From a bacterium (lineage in GTDB: Bacteria; UBA10199; 2-02-FULL-44-16; JAAZCA01), in contig CAXXGI010000001.1 in the NCBI GenBank assembly GCA_963674695.2, positions 832,001-896,000 on the forward strand: a stretch of 64,000 bases of DNA, given 5' to 3'. The notes under the pieces are model-generated. The model was not told where the DNA came from. It made no database searches and saw nothing but the letters and a program-made list of their open reading frames with translations. The first letter of the stretch is position 1; each line of letters begins with the position of its first letter. A program made the position numbers and the translations under genes. Below are positions 8,642 to 18,935 of this stretch, one piece after another.

Positions 8642-8792
8642 AAAAAAACCCACGAAGCCGTGAGGCCTCGTGGGCTTATTTGGGGAAAGGAGATGGGGGA
8701 TAAAGGTGGCGAGGGCTATCTCCTTCCCCCGACCCTCGCCAAGTCCTAAAATCACTTTGGTTGACAGGATTCGAGGTTCTAGCCTACCCTCT
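8642..8792 (-). ncRNA. Candidate small RNA B with pseudoknot/switch and terminator
   Basis: sigma28-like promoter 8799-8825; stem 8741-8732/8716-8707 whose loop pairs with 8694-8682; terminator 8674-8642 with T7; G-U pairs favour the minus strand. Confidence 0.55.
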
Positions 8793-8798
8793 GCATCC

Positions 8799-8825
8799 TT
8801 ATCGCGTTCGCGCGGGGAAAGTTGC
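8799..8825 (-). promoter_or_regulatory. sigma28/FliA-like promoter
   Basis: GCAA-15nt(CTTT...)-CGCGATAA. Confidence 0.5.
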
Positions 8826-8835
8826 TCACTTTTTT

Positions 8836-9885
8836 ATGAAAAAAATCGCCAACCTTTTCAAGAAGATAGCCCCCTGGTGCGTGGCCGCCGGGATTTTTGC
8901 CTATCTCTTCCACCTCTATCCGCCGGCCAAGGTCTGGCATGCGCTGACCTATGTGAACCTCCCCGCGTTCATCGCCTTTGCCGCGGCCTACTTCATCTTC
9001 ATCTTCGTCGTCGACAGCATCGTCATGCGTTGGGTCATCACGCACTTCTCGCATCCGGTCTCGCTCATGGATATCCTCACGGGGCGGGGTGCCACCTATC
9101 TCATCATGGTGCTCAACTATCCGGCGAGCCAAGCGGCCTATGCCTATTACCTCAAGCGTCGCTACGGCATCCCGATCTTCGAGGCATTGGGGATCTTCCT
9201 CTTCGTGATCTTCATCGATCTGCTCTGGATCATCTCGCTGGCGTTCGCCGGTTCCTTCTTTCAGGAGTACACCATCGGCGGCATCGACATCGGCCACATT
9301 GCGCGTCTCATCGGGCTGGGTGCCGCGATCTTCACCTTCGTCTGGCTCGCCTTCTGGCGACGCTGGCCCGAACGCGTTTTGGGACGGCACATCCGCATCC
9401 CCTTCATCGAACGCCTGCGCACACGCGGCGTCTTCAGTATCTTCAACAAAGCCACCGCCCCCGATTATCTCAAGGTGGCGATCATGCGCATCCCGATTCA
9501 CTTCACGATCATCATCTCGATGTATATCGTTTTGCACACCTTCAACGTCGACATCCCCTTCGTCAAAATACTGGGGAACATCCCGATCGTCTTCCTCATC
9601 GGCACGCTGCCGATCACGCCGGGGGGACTGGGCACAACCAACGCCGCAACGGTGGAGCTGCTGCATCCGTACATCACGGGAGCGATATTCGGGACGGGAA
9701 AGATCACGCCGCAGGAACTGCTCTTCTCCGCCACACTCCTGTGGATGTTCGCCAACTACAGCATGAAGGGGATCGTCGGAACCTTCTTCCTCAAGCGCGC
9801 CTCGAGCGATCTCTTCAAACCGACCGCGGACGTCCCGGAGGAAGAGGCCGAGGAGGAGGCCGCGCACATCGGGGGAAACATCTAA
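8836..9885 (+). CDS. Lysylphosphatidylglycerol synthase TM-region / flippase-like membrane protein
   Basis: Multiple TM helices, LPITPGGLG motif; TTGACA-18nt-TACCCT at 8761 upstream. Confidence 0.8.
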   Translation: MKKIANLFKKIAPWCVAAGIFAYLFHLYPPAKVWHALTYVNLPAFIAFAAAYFIFIFVVDSIVMRWVITHFSHPVSLMDILTGRGATYLIMVLNYPASQAAYAYYLKRRYGIPIFEALGIFLFVIFIDLLWIISLAFAGSFFQEYTIGGIDIGHIARLIGLGAAIFTFVWLAFWRRWPERVLGRHIRIPFIERLRTRGVFSIFNKATAPDYLKVAIMRIPIHFTIIISMYIVLHTFNVDIPFVKILGNIPIVFLIGTLPITPGGLGTTNAATVELLHPYITGAIFGTGKITPQELLFSATLLWMFANYSMKGIVGTFFLKRASSDLFKPTADVPEEEAEEEAAHIGGNI

Positions 9886-10026
9886 ACGGTCAACATCTCC
9901 ACACCGCTGGGGCGTGATCTACCCATCTGACCGCACCTTCGCCGCCATCCTGACGCACGTTCTTTATTTTTCCGTTCAATTCTCACTTATTAGCGCCTCT
10001 CCTCCCCCTCGCAAGAGATGCCTGCT

Positions 10027-10042
10027 TGGCATGAATTTTGCT
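10027..10042 (+). promoter_or_regulatory. sigma54 promoter
   Basis: TGGCATGAATTTTGCT (GG-N10-GC) 22 nt before ATG. Confidence 0.8.
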
Positions 10043-10064
10043 CTTTTAGTGTGTGGAGGGGACT

Positions 10065-10676
10065 ATGACGGATACACTACAGATCGTGCCCAGTGCGGAT
10101 CTCTCGTCGCTCTTTCACGAGAAAGTACAGAATGCGCTCAAGGCACAGCACGTTGAAGCCAGCGAGTTTGCCGAAATCTATCTCGTCAACCTGCTGGCCA
10201 CCTATCACGCCTCCGATCGCAACCTGCACGACGGCGGCGAAGAGCTCTTCGAAAAACCGCTGGCGCTGATGCTCTTGGAGGCAAACGAAGGCGATGATCG
10301 CAATCGCATCGCGCGGCTCAAACAGGTGGGCGATTCCGCGCTCATCATCTCGGGATTTTTCTCCGACAGCATCCGAAAGAGTCTCGTGGACCTGCCCTAT
10401 TACATCTCGATCGGCGGCTCGGCGTTCGCCACGCTCGCCGATATGCATGACAAGCACGCGACGTTCGCCGACCTCTATCAGGAACTCTCGCTCAAATTTG
10501 CCGCTTTTGTCGACGTGCTGGCGACGATTGCGCCCTGGAATCACGCCTTCACCAACGAGGAGCTCCTGCAGCTCTACATGCGATGGATTCAGTCCGGCGA
10601 TGAACGGCTGCGCCAGTTTCTCGAACGCCGTGGCATCGACACCTCGGCCGGAACGGGAGGAAAGAAACCGGCATGA
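10065..10676 (+). CDS. Conserved hypothetical protein
   Basis: GGAGG RBS; YLVNLL...GD.AL..SGFF...YY..IG..A pattern; ATGA overlap with next gene. Confidence 0.85.
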   Translation: MTDTLQIVPSADLSSLFHEKVQNALKAQHVEASEFAEIYLVNLLATYHASDRNLHDGGEELFEKPLALMLLEANEGDDRNRIARLKQVGDSALIISGFFSDSIRKSLVDLPYYISIGGSAFATLADMHDKHATFADLYQELSLKFAAFVDVLATIAPWNHAFTNEELLQLYMRWIQSGDERLRQFLERRGIDTSAGTGGKKPA

Positions 10677-11293
10677 AGATTGGCGAAATCTACAGGATGA
10701 TCTGTCACCTCTACGGACTCGACGCCTCGCTCGACATCGAGCGTTTTCTCGTCGCGAGTCCCACGCCGGCAGAGTATATCATCGGCAACCGCCTGCCCGA
10801 GCGTGAGGCGCTCTTCATTCGCGACGCCCCCGACGGCCTGGAACTCGGCCTCTTCATCGCGCCACAGATCCTGGCCCGGCTCGACTCCGCCGATCCCCTC
10901 GACGAACTCGACGCCTTCGCCTGCGCCGTGGAGGGAGTGAGCCACTTCGCCTATGTCTGCGACCGCGCCGAACGCGAACAGCGCCTCTCGGTCCTCGAGC
11001 TCGAGCTCCAGGGGGAGATCGACAAATTCCTCCTCATCCACCTCATCGCCGCCGAGCGCGGCGGCAGCACCCACGCCCTCTTCGCCCGACAGTTCGAATC
11101 GCACGCATTCGACCCCCAGCTCTCTGTGGATGAGCGCGAATGCTATCAGACTGCCAGCCACTTCGCCGCCAAGTTCTGCGCACACCTGCGCGAACGCTAC
11201 TTCAACCCGCTGCGCCGGGATGAACTCATCGCCTCCGCGCGCGATTTCTTCGCTCGAGGGCTTTCCGAGAAGATCGAACGATTGGTCCCGTAG
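10673..11293 (+). CDS. Hypothetical protein with EGVSHF / ELELQGEIDK motifs (zincin-like)
   Basis: Translationally coupled to upstream gene; host codon usage. Confidence 0.85.
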   Translation: MKIGEIYRMICHLYGLDASLDIERFLVASPTPAEYIIGNRLPEREALFIRDAPDGLELGLFIAPQILARLDSADPLDELDAFACAVEGVSHFAYVCDRAEREQRLSVLELELQGEIDKFLLIHLIAAERGGSTHALFARQFESHAFDPQLSVDERECYQTASHFAAKFCAHLRERYFNPLRRDELIASARDFFARGLSEKIERLVP

Positions 11294-11328
11294 GTCAAAA
11301 CTCAAGAGGAAAGATTGGAAAAATAGAT

Positions 11329-12747
11329 TCAATCGAGCGAAGGGCAATCATTCGCATCACCGTTCACGATGTTTGTGTTGAAACGAACATAGCTGACTTT
11401 CGACGTCATCGTCTGACTCTCATCGATATTATTAAAAAACAGTAATCCAACCGCCTCCGGCCAACTGCTGCTCGCTGCCGTAAAATCACCGCAATCCCCG
11501 GAGGAGCAGAACAACGTATATGAATCGCCGGCAACCCAGGTTGCGTCATCGAAGCTCAGAAAGAGGCGAACTGTATCGGCGTGTTTTACGAGACAATACG
11601 AGTACGATGGCGCATCGCCCCCTCCTGTGGCCTGCCATGTCGGGGGCGATCCCGAAACCTGGGTCGAATAGGTCTCGGCGGAGTCATCGAACAACAGCCC
11701 CGCGACCAGACCACCATCCTCCATCAGCATGTCGGAGGCAAGCCCAAGCATCACAAAACCATCCTCCGCCCCGACGCGCTCGAAGGAAGAGATATGAGCG
11801 GAAACGCTAAAATCTTCCGCATCGCCCTTCTCCTTGTCCATGATGATCGTGATGTACGTGTCGCCCACGTCTTCGGTCACGAGGGTCATGACCAATACCC
11901 CATCCTGAACGACACGCGTCTTGAAGGCATTTTCTCTGACTTCGACACCCGCCCAACAGGCATCCAGCGTCGCCTCACTGTCGAACTCGTCATCGGCGGT
12001 ATTGAACAATATCGTCCCCGCCTCCAGGCCACCAACGCTGATCGTCGCCGTATAGTCGACAATCGCCTGACAGCTGGAAAGCCCCGTGACCACACAGGTA
12101 AAGTCCGTCTCGGATCCCTCCACCGCGCTGCACGCGCCTCCCTCCGCAGCCTTGGCCGCACTCGGGGATACAGCGCTCGCGCTGACCGTCTCCGCAACCG
12201 AAACGGTCGGGGTCACCGCCGGCGCTTGATCGAATGCCAACGTAAGGGTGAGCTGCCCCTCACCGTCGACCGTCTGCGTCACCGAGGTCTTCGATGTGAG
12301 CGTTGCCACCGGCAGAGCCGAGGTCGTCGTAAACTGCTGACTGGACCCCGTGATCAGGAGCCCGTCCGCATCCTGAACGTACCAGAGCGCCACCTCATAG
12401 GTCGTCAGATAATTGAGCGCTGTGTGCGCACACGTTGCCGTGAGCGCATCGGCATCGTAGGTCACTGCGGTGCAGAGCGACACCCCCGTCGCAACGCCCC
12501 CTTCGACGCGTCGAAGCGTGAGAAGCGTCTGCCACTGGCTCTCGGAATAGGAGGTCGAGACCGCCGCGCTGAACGTGGCCAGAACCGCCGCATCAATCTC
12601 CACATCCGTGCCCCCCGGATAGAGCGTTGTGGCAACGCTCGACTGCAGATCGGCATCGACGCCCAAACCAATCCCCGCCCCGCAGGCAGAGAGTATCACT
12701 GCCGCAGCAACACCGCAGAGACTGCATCGAAATATTCCCCTCTTCAT
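11329..12747 (-). CDS. Secreted lipoprotein with Ig-like (Big_5-type) domain
   Basis: Lipobox LSAC; Thr/Ser-rich beta-sandwich-like N-terminal half; acidic, Cys pairs. Confidence 0.7.
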   Translation of the reverse strand: MKRGIFRCSLCGVAAAVILSACGAGIGLGVDADLQSSVATTLYPGGTDVEIDAAVLATFSAAVSTSYSESQWQTLLTLRRVEGGVATGVSLCTAVTYDADALTATCAHTALNYLTTYEVALWYVQDADGLLITGSSQQFTTTSALPVATLTSKTSVTQTVDGEGQLTLTLAFDQAPAVTPTVSVAETVSASAVSPSAAKAAEGGACSAVEGSETDFTCVVTGLSSCQAIVDYTATISVGGLEAGTILFNTADDEFDSEATLDACWAGVEVRENAFKTRVVQDGVLVMTLVTEDVGDTYITIIMDKEKGDAEDFSVSAHISSFERVGAEDGFVMLGLASDMLMEDGGLVAGLLFDDSAETYSTQVSGSPPTWQATGGGDAPSYSYCLVKHADTVRLFLSFDDATWVAGDSYTLFCSSGDCGDFTAASSSWPEAVGLLFFNNIDESQTMTSKVSYVRFNTNIVNGDANDCPSLD

Positions 12748-12788
12748 ACCACCCTTCCTCAATCGAGACATACCCATCCACCCTCTAT

Positions 12789-12804
12789 TGCAAAACCCAT
12801 GCCG
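12789..12804 (-). promoter_or_regulatory. sigma54 promoter
   Basis: CGGCATGGGTTTTGCA (GG-N10-GC); IHF-like CAACATATTGGAA at 12819-12831. Confidence 0.7.
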
Positions 12805-12947
12805 CTCGAAATTGACTGCAACATATTGGAATCATTCATTATACATTACATCTCAAGATCTCGTTCGGTACGAATAAACCCATAAACGTCAATATCCCGA
12901 CGACGCTCCTTGATTTCCGCAAGCCCTCTACGGTAGGGAAGGTCCCC

Positions 12948-13331
12948 ATGATCAGACGAACCCTCATCCTCTGCTGCCTCTGCCTGCTCGGGCTTGCCGC
13001 CTGTGGGAGCTCGAGCGATTATAGCTCGGACGTCCCCACCGACTCGCCGCCCTATGTAAACCGGATCGATCCCGCCAGTGGACAGGCCGGCGATGCGATC
13101 ACGATCTTCGGGTTCGGCTTCTCCGCGGCGGCCCCACTCAACATCGTCCTCATCGGCGGGGCCGGGAGCTCGGCCAGCGCCTATCAGCTCCTGCCGAATC
13201 CCACCGCCACCGAGGTCGAATCGATCACGGCGACCGTTCCCGTCGGCGCCGCCGTCGGTCAGGGGGCCATCGCGGTGTTTGTCGAAGATAATGTCAGCAA
13301 CGCCGACGTCCTCTTCACGGTGAACCCATGA
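12948..13331 (+). CDS. IPT/TIG-domain lipoprotein
   Basis: Lipobox LAAC; P.V..I.P.SG..GD.ITI.G.GF and ITATVP TIG pattern. Confidence 0.85.
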   Translation: MIRRTLILCCLCLLGLAACGSSSDYSSDVPTDSPPYVNRIDPASGQAGDAITIFGFGFSAAAPLNIVLIGGAGSSASAYQLLPNPTATEVESITATVPVGAAVGQGAIAVFVEDNVSNADVLFTVNP

Positions 13332-14353
13332 CCAAACCCCTCGAACAGATCCTGAAGGACACGACCGGCATCACCGTCGGCATCCGGGATGTCATCACGC
13401 TCCACGGCGATGCCAGCTATCGCACCTATTCGCGCGCCCAGCTCGACGATGGATCGAGCGTCATCCTCATGCAGATGCCCGCGGGAAAGGCATCGGCCTC
13501 CGAGGAGATCACCAACTTCACGGGGACGATGCAGGAGCCCTCCTTCATCAACGTGCAGCGTTATCTGGCGGGGCTTGGCATGCCCGTCCCGAAGATCCTC
13601 GGCTATGACGAAGAGCGCGCCCTCATGATCCTCGAAGACTTGGGCGATGACCTCATGGCCCGCCGGGTCGAGAAAGCCGACGCAGAGACGCAGCGGCACT
13701 GGTATGGACAGGCGCTCGACCTCCTCGTCGCGCTGCAGGAGAAGACGAAAGCCGCCAAGACAGGCGACTGCATCGCGCTCAAGCGTTCATTCGATGCGCG
13801 ATTGCTCAACTGGGAGTTCGATCACTTTCGCGAATACGGAATCGAGGCGCGGCGGGGAAAAGAGATGGCCGCCGCCGACCGTGCGATCTTCGACCGCGCC
13901 ACGCGTGCGATCAGCGCGCAGATCGAGTGGATGCCCTCCGGATTTACGCACCGCGATTTCCAGAGCCGAAACCTCATCATCTCCAATGAGCGGCTCCACC
14001 TCATCGACTTTCAGGACGCGCTCATCGGTCCGCATGTGTATGACCTCACCGCCCTCACACGCGATTCCTACGTCGTGCTCCCCGACGCGCTTATCGATGA
14101 ACTCGTCGGCCGATATGCCGAACGTGTGCGCCGCGACGTCGACGAGGTGCGCCGCGAATACGACCTCGTCACTGTCCAGCGAAAGCTCAAGGATGCGGGG
14201 CGCTTCGTCTATATCGATCGCGTGAAGGGAAACCCGAACTTCCTCCCGTACATTCCGACCTCGCTCGGGTATGTGCGCGCGGCGCTCGAACGCCTGCCCG
14301 AGCTGGCTCCACTGGCCGACGCCATCGCCCCCTACGTCCCGGAGTGGTCATGA
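13328..14353 (+). CDS. amgK: Anomeric MurNAc/GlcNAc kinase (APH-family phosphotransferase)
   Basis: GDASYRTY, LEDLGD, HRDFQSRNL, IDFQDA motifs; adjacent murU. Confidence 0.88.
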   Translation: MTKPLEQILKDTTGITVGIRDVITLHGDASYRTYSRAQLDDGSSVILMQMPAGKASASEEITNFTGTMQEPSFINVQRYLAGLGMPVPKILGYDEERALMILEDLGDDLMARRVEKADAETQRHWYGQALDLLVALQEKTKAAKTGDCIALKRSFDARLLNWEFDHFREYGIEARRGKEMAAADRAIFDRATRAISAQIEWMPSGFTHRDFQSRNLIISNERLHLIDFQDALIGPHVYDLTALTRDSYVVLPDALIDELVGRYAERVRRDVDEVRREYDLVTVQRKLKDAGRFVYIDRVKGNPNFLPYIPTSLGYVRAALERLPELAPLADAIAPYVPEWS

Positions 14354-15087
14354 CGAAACCGATTCGACAGGCGATCCTGCTCGCAGCCGGTTTTGGCACG
14401 CGGCTCAAGCCGCTCACGCTCACCACGCCCAAGCCCCTGCTGCCCCTGGATGGCATGCTCCTCATCGATCATCAGCTGCGCTATCTCCACCGCGCCGGCA
14501 TCGAAACGGTCGTCATCAACCTGCACCACCTGGGGGAGAAGATCCGCGCACATGTCGGTGATGGATCGCGCTACGGACTCGAGGTTCACTATTCGGAGGA
14601 AACCACCATCCTCGGCACGGGCGGCGGAATTCGGCTGGCCGCAACACTCCTGGAGAACGGTCCCTTCCTCCTCCTCAATGCCGATGCCTTCATCGATGTC
14701 GATCTCGCCGCACTCGAGCAAAGGCATCAGGAATCCGGGGCCCTCGTCACGATGGCGCTCAAACGCCTCTCGCCCGAGGAGAAACAGACACCGATCGCTC
14801 TCGACGCCGACGGCTTCATCCGCGCGTTCGGAGAGGGATCCCACTTCTATATCGGCGCGCAGGCGATCGATCCACGCGCACTGGATGCCCTCCCCCCCGC
14901 AGGGACACCCTCCTGTCTCATTCGGAATGGGTATGACACGATGCTCTCAGAGGAAAAAACGATCGCCGCGTTCATCCACGACGGATACGCCAACGACCTG
15001 GGCACGCCAGAGCGCTACGAGCAGGCCAAGGATGACATCGCCCAGGGGCGTTTTACCCTGTGCAACCCGGAAGACCATGATGAGTGA
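14350..15087 (+). CDS. murU: MurNAc-alpha-1-phosphate uridylyltransferase-like nucleotidyltransferase
   Basis: [30 protein letters not shown]; downstream of amgK. Confidence 0.8.
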   Translation: MTKPIRQAILLAAGFGTRLKPLTLTTPKPLLPLDGMLLIDHQLRYLHRAGIETVVINLHHLGEKIRAHVGDGSRYGLEVHYSEETTILGTGGGIRLAATLLENGPFLLLNADAFIDVDLAALEQRHQESGALVTMALKRLSPEEKQTPIALDADGFIRAFGEGSHFYIGAQAIDPRALDALPPAGTPSCLIRNGYDTMLSEEKTIAAFIHDGYANDLGTPERYEQAKDDIAQGRFTLCNPEDHDE

Positions 15088-16681
15088 CACCGCCTTTCAC
15101 AACGAACTCCGCAAAGAAGTCGATCGTCGGCGCACGTTTGGGATCATCAGCCACCCGGATGCGGGCAAGACGACGCTGACGGAGAAACTCCTCCTCTTCG
15201 GCGGCGCGATCCAGATGGCCGGATCGGTGCGCTCGCGCAAGGCGGCGCGCCACGCCCGCTCAGACTGGATGGCCATGGAGCAGGAGCGCGGCATCTCGGT
15301 GACCTCTTCGGTGATGAAGTTCAACTACCGCGACTTCGAGATCAATCTCCTGGACACGCCGGGTCACCAAGATTTTTCCGAGGACACCTATCGCGTGCTC
15401 ACCGCGGTCGACTCGGCACTGCTCGTCATCGACAGCGCCAAGGGCGTGGAGAGCCAGACGAAGAAGCTGATGGACGTCTGCCGCATGCGTTCCACGCCCA
15501 TCCTGACCTTCATCAACAAACTCGATCGCGAGGGACTCTCGCCGCTCGAGCTCCTCTCCGATATCGAGGATCACCTGCAGATCGAATGCGCCGCGCTGAC
15601 CTGGCCCATCGGCATGGGAAAACGCTTTCGCGGTACCTTCGACATCTATCGCCACCAGCTCCACCTCTTTTCCGCCACGCACGGCGGAAAGATTCAGGAG
15701 GGCGTCACGTTCACGGACCTCAATGATCCACAGCTCGACGAGATCCTCGGCTCACAAGCGGACGAGCTGCGCACCGACCTTGAGCTCGTCAAGGGGGCCG
15801 GACACGCCTTCGACGTGGATCGGTATCTCGCGGGCGAGCAGACGCCCGTCTTCTTCGGGAGTGCGATCAACAACTTCGGCGTCCACGAGCTGCTCGACAC
15901 CTTTGTGGAGATCGCACCTGCACCCCTTCCACGCATGACGACGACGCGTGAGGTCTCTCCCTACGAGCCGGAGTTTTCGGGGATCACCTTCAAGATTCAG
16001 GCGAACATGGATCCGCAGCATCGGGATCGCATCGCGTTCATGCGGATCTGCTCGGGAAAATTCAAGAAGGGAATGAAGCTGCGCCATCACCGCATCGGAA
16101 AAGAGGTGCAGATCGCGCGCGCAACGATCTTCATGGCACAGAATCGCACCGGAATCGATGAGGCCTGGCCCGGGGATATCATCGGCATCCACAACCACGG
16201 CACCATCAAGATCGGCGACACCTTCACCGAAAGCGAAGAGCTGCGCTTCATCGGCATCCCCTCCTTTGCCCCGGAACACTTCCGCCGGGTGCGCCTGAAG
16301 GAACCGATGAAGGCCAAACAGTTGGCCAAAGGACTCTCCGAGCTCGCCGAAGAGGGTGCGGTGCAGCTCTTTCGTCCGCTGATCAACAACGACTATATCC
16401 TGGGCGCGGTCGGCGTCTTGCAGTTCGAGGTGATCATGAGTCGGCTCAAGGCCGAATATGGGGTCGAGGCCCTCTATGAACCGGTCTCGATGGCCACTGC
16501 ACGATGGGTCACCTGCGATGATGAGGACCGATTTGAAGCATTCATCGACGCCATGCGCGCAAACCTCGCGCGCGACATCGACGACAACCTCACCTACCTC
16601 GCGCCGAACGCCTGGCGCCTCGAAGACACGATGAAGGACTGGCCGGAGATCACCTTCGAAAAGGCCAAGGAACACCGCTGA
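15080..16681 (+). CDS. prfC: Peptide chain release factor 3
   Basis: [42 protein letters not shown]. Confidence 0.97.
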   Translation: MSDTAFHNELRKEVDRRRTFGIISHPDAGKTTLTEKLLLFGGAIQMAGSVRSRKAARHARSDWMAMEQERGISVTSSVMKFNYRDFEINLLDTPGHQDFSEDTYRVLTAVDSALLVIDSAKGVESQTKKLMDVCRMRSTPILTFINKLDREGLSPLELLSDIEDHLQIECAALTWPIGMGKRFRGTFDIYRHQLHLFSATHGGKIQEGVTFTDLNDPQLDEILGSQADELRTDLELVKGAGHAFDVDRYLAGEQTPVFFGSAINNFGVHELLDTFVEIAPAPLPRMTTTREVSPYEPEFSGITFKIQANMDPQHRDRIAFMRICSGKFKKGMKLRHHRIGKEVQIARATIFMAQNRTGIDEAWPGDIIGIHNHGTIKIGDTFTESEELRFIGIPSFAPEHFRRVRLKEPMKAKQLAKGLSELAEEGAVQLFRPLINNDYILGAVGVLQFEVIMSRLKAEYGVEALYEPVSMATARWVTCDDEDRFEAFIDAMRANLARDIDDNLTYLAPNAWRLEDTMKDWPEITFEKAKEHR

Positions 16682-16704
16682 CTCCATTCATCTTGGATGC
16701 GCGG

Positions 16705-18858
16705 TCATTTCACGTTCAGGTATTGAAAATAGAACGAGAACTCCTCAGCGAATTCCTTTGCCCTGGCGTTGAGAGGCTTTCCTCCTCCGTGACCCTGACC
16801 GTAGTTCGTCCGCAGAATGATCGGCTTTTCTCCCGCGCTGGCCGCCTGGAGCCGGGCGGTCATCTTCCTCGACTGCATCGCATCCACGCGAGGGTCGTTG
16901 ACCGCCGCCGTGAACATCACGGCCGGATAGTGAACGCCATCGCGCACGCGATGGTATGGGGAATAGGCATAGAGCGCCGCGAACTGATCGGGCTTTGTCA
17001 CCGTTCCAAACTCGGTGATGTTAAATTCCCCGTTTGCGGACAGTTCGGTGCGGAGCATGTCGTAGACACCGACATGCGAGAAAACGACTGAGGCCAGATC
17101 CGGATGCTGCGTGATCATCGCCCCCATGAGCAACCCGCCGTTGCTTCCCCCTCGAAGCCCGAGTCGCTTATATGACGTGTATCCCCTTCGAACGAGATGG
17201 TTGGCAGCCGCGAAGAAATCGTCGAAGACGTTCTGTTTGTTCGTGAGGTTTCCCTCAAGATGCCAGCGTTCCCCGTACTCGCCGCCGCCACGAATATTAG
17301 CAACGGCATAGAGCACCCCGTGATTTAAGAGCACCTCGAGAACGGGTCGAAAAGACGGCGTGATGTTCACCCCATAACCGCCGTATCCATAGAGGATCAG
17401 CGGATGGCTTCCATCGAGCTTGATCCCCTTCGGCTTGAGGATGTTGACCGGAACCTTGGTGCCATCCTTCGACTTCGCAAATTCGCGCACGACCTCGACG
17501 CCTTCGAAGGTCGCCGGGGAGATATTGCGCATGGCGGTCAGCGTCGTCGTCCCCTTGGACGCATCGAAGAAGAAGATCGCACCCGGATCGATGAACGAAG
17601 CGTCGGAGAAGAAGATGTTATCGCCTCCGGCGGAGACCAGATCGCCCACCGATGAAACGGGGAGCTGTTTTGGAGCGAGCGCCGGTTTACCCCGCAGGTC
17701 GAACGCCCGGATCTCCGACGGCCCGCCCGTCTGATATTCCGCATAGATGCGAGAGTTGGTGACCAAGATCGACGGCGATCCCCAGAAGCTATCGATGAGC
17801 GTATCGCGCCCCTGACGCACAATGGTCTTGGCGCGTTTCACATCGAGATCCTTGGCCGAAATGCGCAGGAGTTTTCCGCGCGGCGCCTTGGCGCGCGACA
17901 GGAGAAAGAGGGAATCGTCTGGACCAAACACCGCTTCCACGACCTTGTCGCCAAACGAACTGAACTGCCGCCACGTCCCATCCGGATCACGCAGGTAATG
18001 AGAAAATTCACCGCCGTCGCCATTCTGGACGGTCGCCAGCAGACGACCCGTCTCTGCATTCATCCGCAGCTCGATCTCTGCAATTCGCGGGAAATCCCTG
18101 CCGAGTTCATAGCGGTCTTTGCTCGTCGGTGTTCCCAACGCATGGAAGTAGATTTGAACATAGAAATCCTTGTCCGCCTCCGGCCGTTCGTTTCCGCGCG
18201 GATACCGGGAATAGAAAAACCCCTTATCGTCCTGCGCCCAGGCCAGATCGCCCCCGGCCGTTCCGCCGTTCACCCCCGGCACGATACCGCCCACGCGCTT
18301 TCCGGTCGCGACATCGATGACCCGAACGTCACCCGACTCTGTACCAGATTTGGAGAGCGAAACCGCGACCAGCCTGCCGTTATGTGAGGGAACATAGAAA
18401 TCGATGGTGGTGCTGCCCGATGGATCGAGTTTGTTCGGATCGAGCACAACCTTGATATCGTCCTTTGCATTCGGATTGCTGGTCACCACGAGCATCTTCT
18501 GCTGTTTGGGCGGCGCATACTTCAGCGCAAAGAGTTTTCCGTTGCGAAAGCTGATATCTTCGTAGCGTTCCGAATTCCCCTTGAGAACCGCTTCGATCTC
18601 CGTATACAACCCCTTGCCACTGGGACAGGATTGCAGCGTGGCGGTGGCATAGTCGTTTTGCGCCTTGGTCCAGCGACGCACCGCCTTGTCGTTCCAGTCC
18701 TCGAGCCATCGATAGGATTCGGTCACCTCCACCCCATGATAGGTATCCGTGACCGGCGAAGCCTTCGTCGACGGAGGACCAGCAACGCTCGCGCCCGCAG
18801 ATGCCATCACCGCCGCCACCACAAAGACCGCCATCGCCCATCGCTTTGCGCTGGTCAT
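16705..18858 (-). CDS. Secreted prolyl oligopeptidase (S9A)
   Basis: Signal peptide; YGYGG, GGSNGGL, DPRV, GHG catalytic triad motifs; GGGAGG RBS. Confidence 0.93.
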   Translation of the reverse strand: MTSAKRWAMAVFVVAAVMASAGASVAGPPSTKASPVTDTYHGVEVTESYRWLEDWNDKAVRRWTKAQNDYATATLQSCPSGKGLYTEIEAVLKGNSERYEDISFRNGKLFALKYAPPKQQKMLVVTSNPNAKDDIKVVLDPNKLDPSGSTTIDFYVPSHNGRLVAVSLSKSGTESGDVRVIDVATGKRVGGIVPGVNGGTAGGDLAWAQDDKGFFYSRYPRGNERPEADKDFYVQIYFHALGTPTSKDRYELGRDFPRIAEIELRMNAETGRLLATVQNGDGGEFSHYLRDPDGTWRQFSSFGDKVVEAVFGPDDSLFLLSRAKAPRGKLLRISAKDLDVKRAKTIVRQGRDTLIDSFWGSPSILVTNSRIYAEYQTGGPSEIRAFDLRGKPALAPKQLPVSSVGDLVSAGGDNIFFSDASFIDPGAIFFFDASKGTTTLTAMRNISPATFEGVEVVREFAKSKDGTKVPVNILKPKGIKLDGSHPLILYGYGGYGVNITPSFRPVLEVLLNHGVLYAVANIRGGGEYGERWHLEGNLTNKQNVFDDFFAAANHLVRRGYTSYKRLGLRGGSNGGLLMGAMITQHPDLASVVFSHVGVYDMLRTELSANGEFNITEFGTVTKPDQFAALYAYSPYHRVRDGVHYPAVMFTAAVNDPRVDAMQSRKMTARLQAASAGEKPIILRTNYGQGHGGGKPLNARAKEFAEEFSFYFQYLNVK

Positions 18859-18935
18859 AGGACCTCCCCTTTGGTTGTTCACTCCAAAGTCCTATCGATA
18901 CAAAGCCGTTTTGTCGAGAATTGAAAGGAGCCGTT

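Noticed and set aside
14393-15079. N-terminal extension of RF3 (762-aa ORF)
   Set aside because: Extension overlaps murU out of frame; RF3 homology starts at 15080
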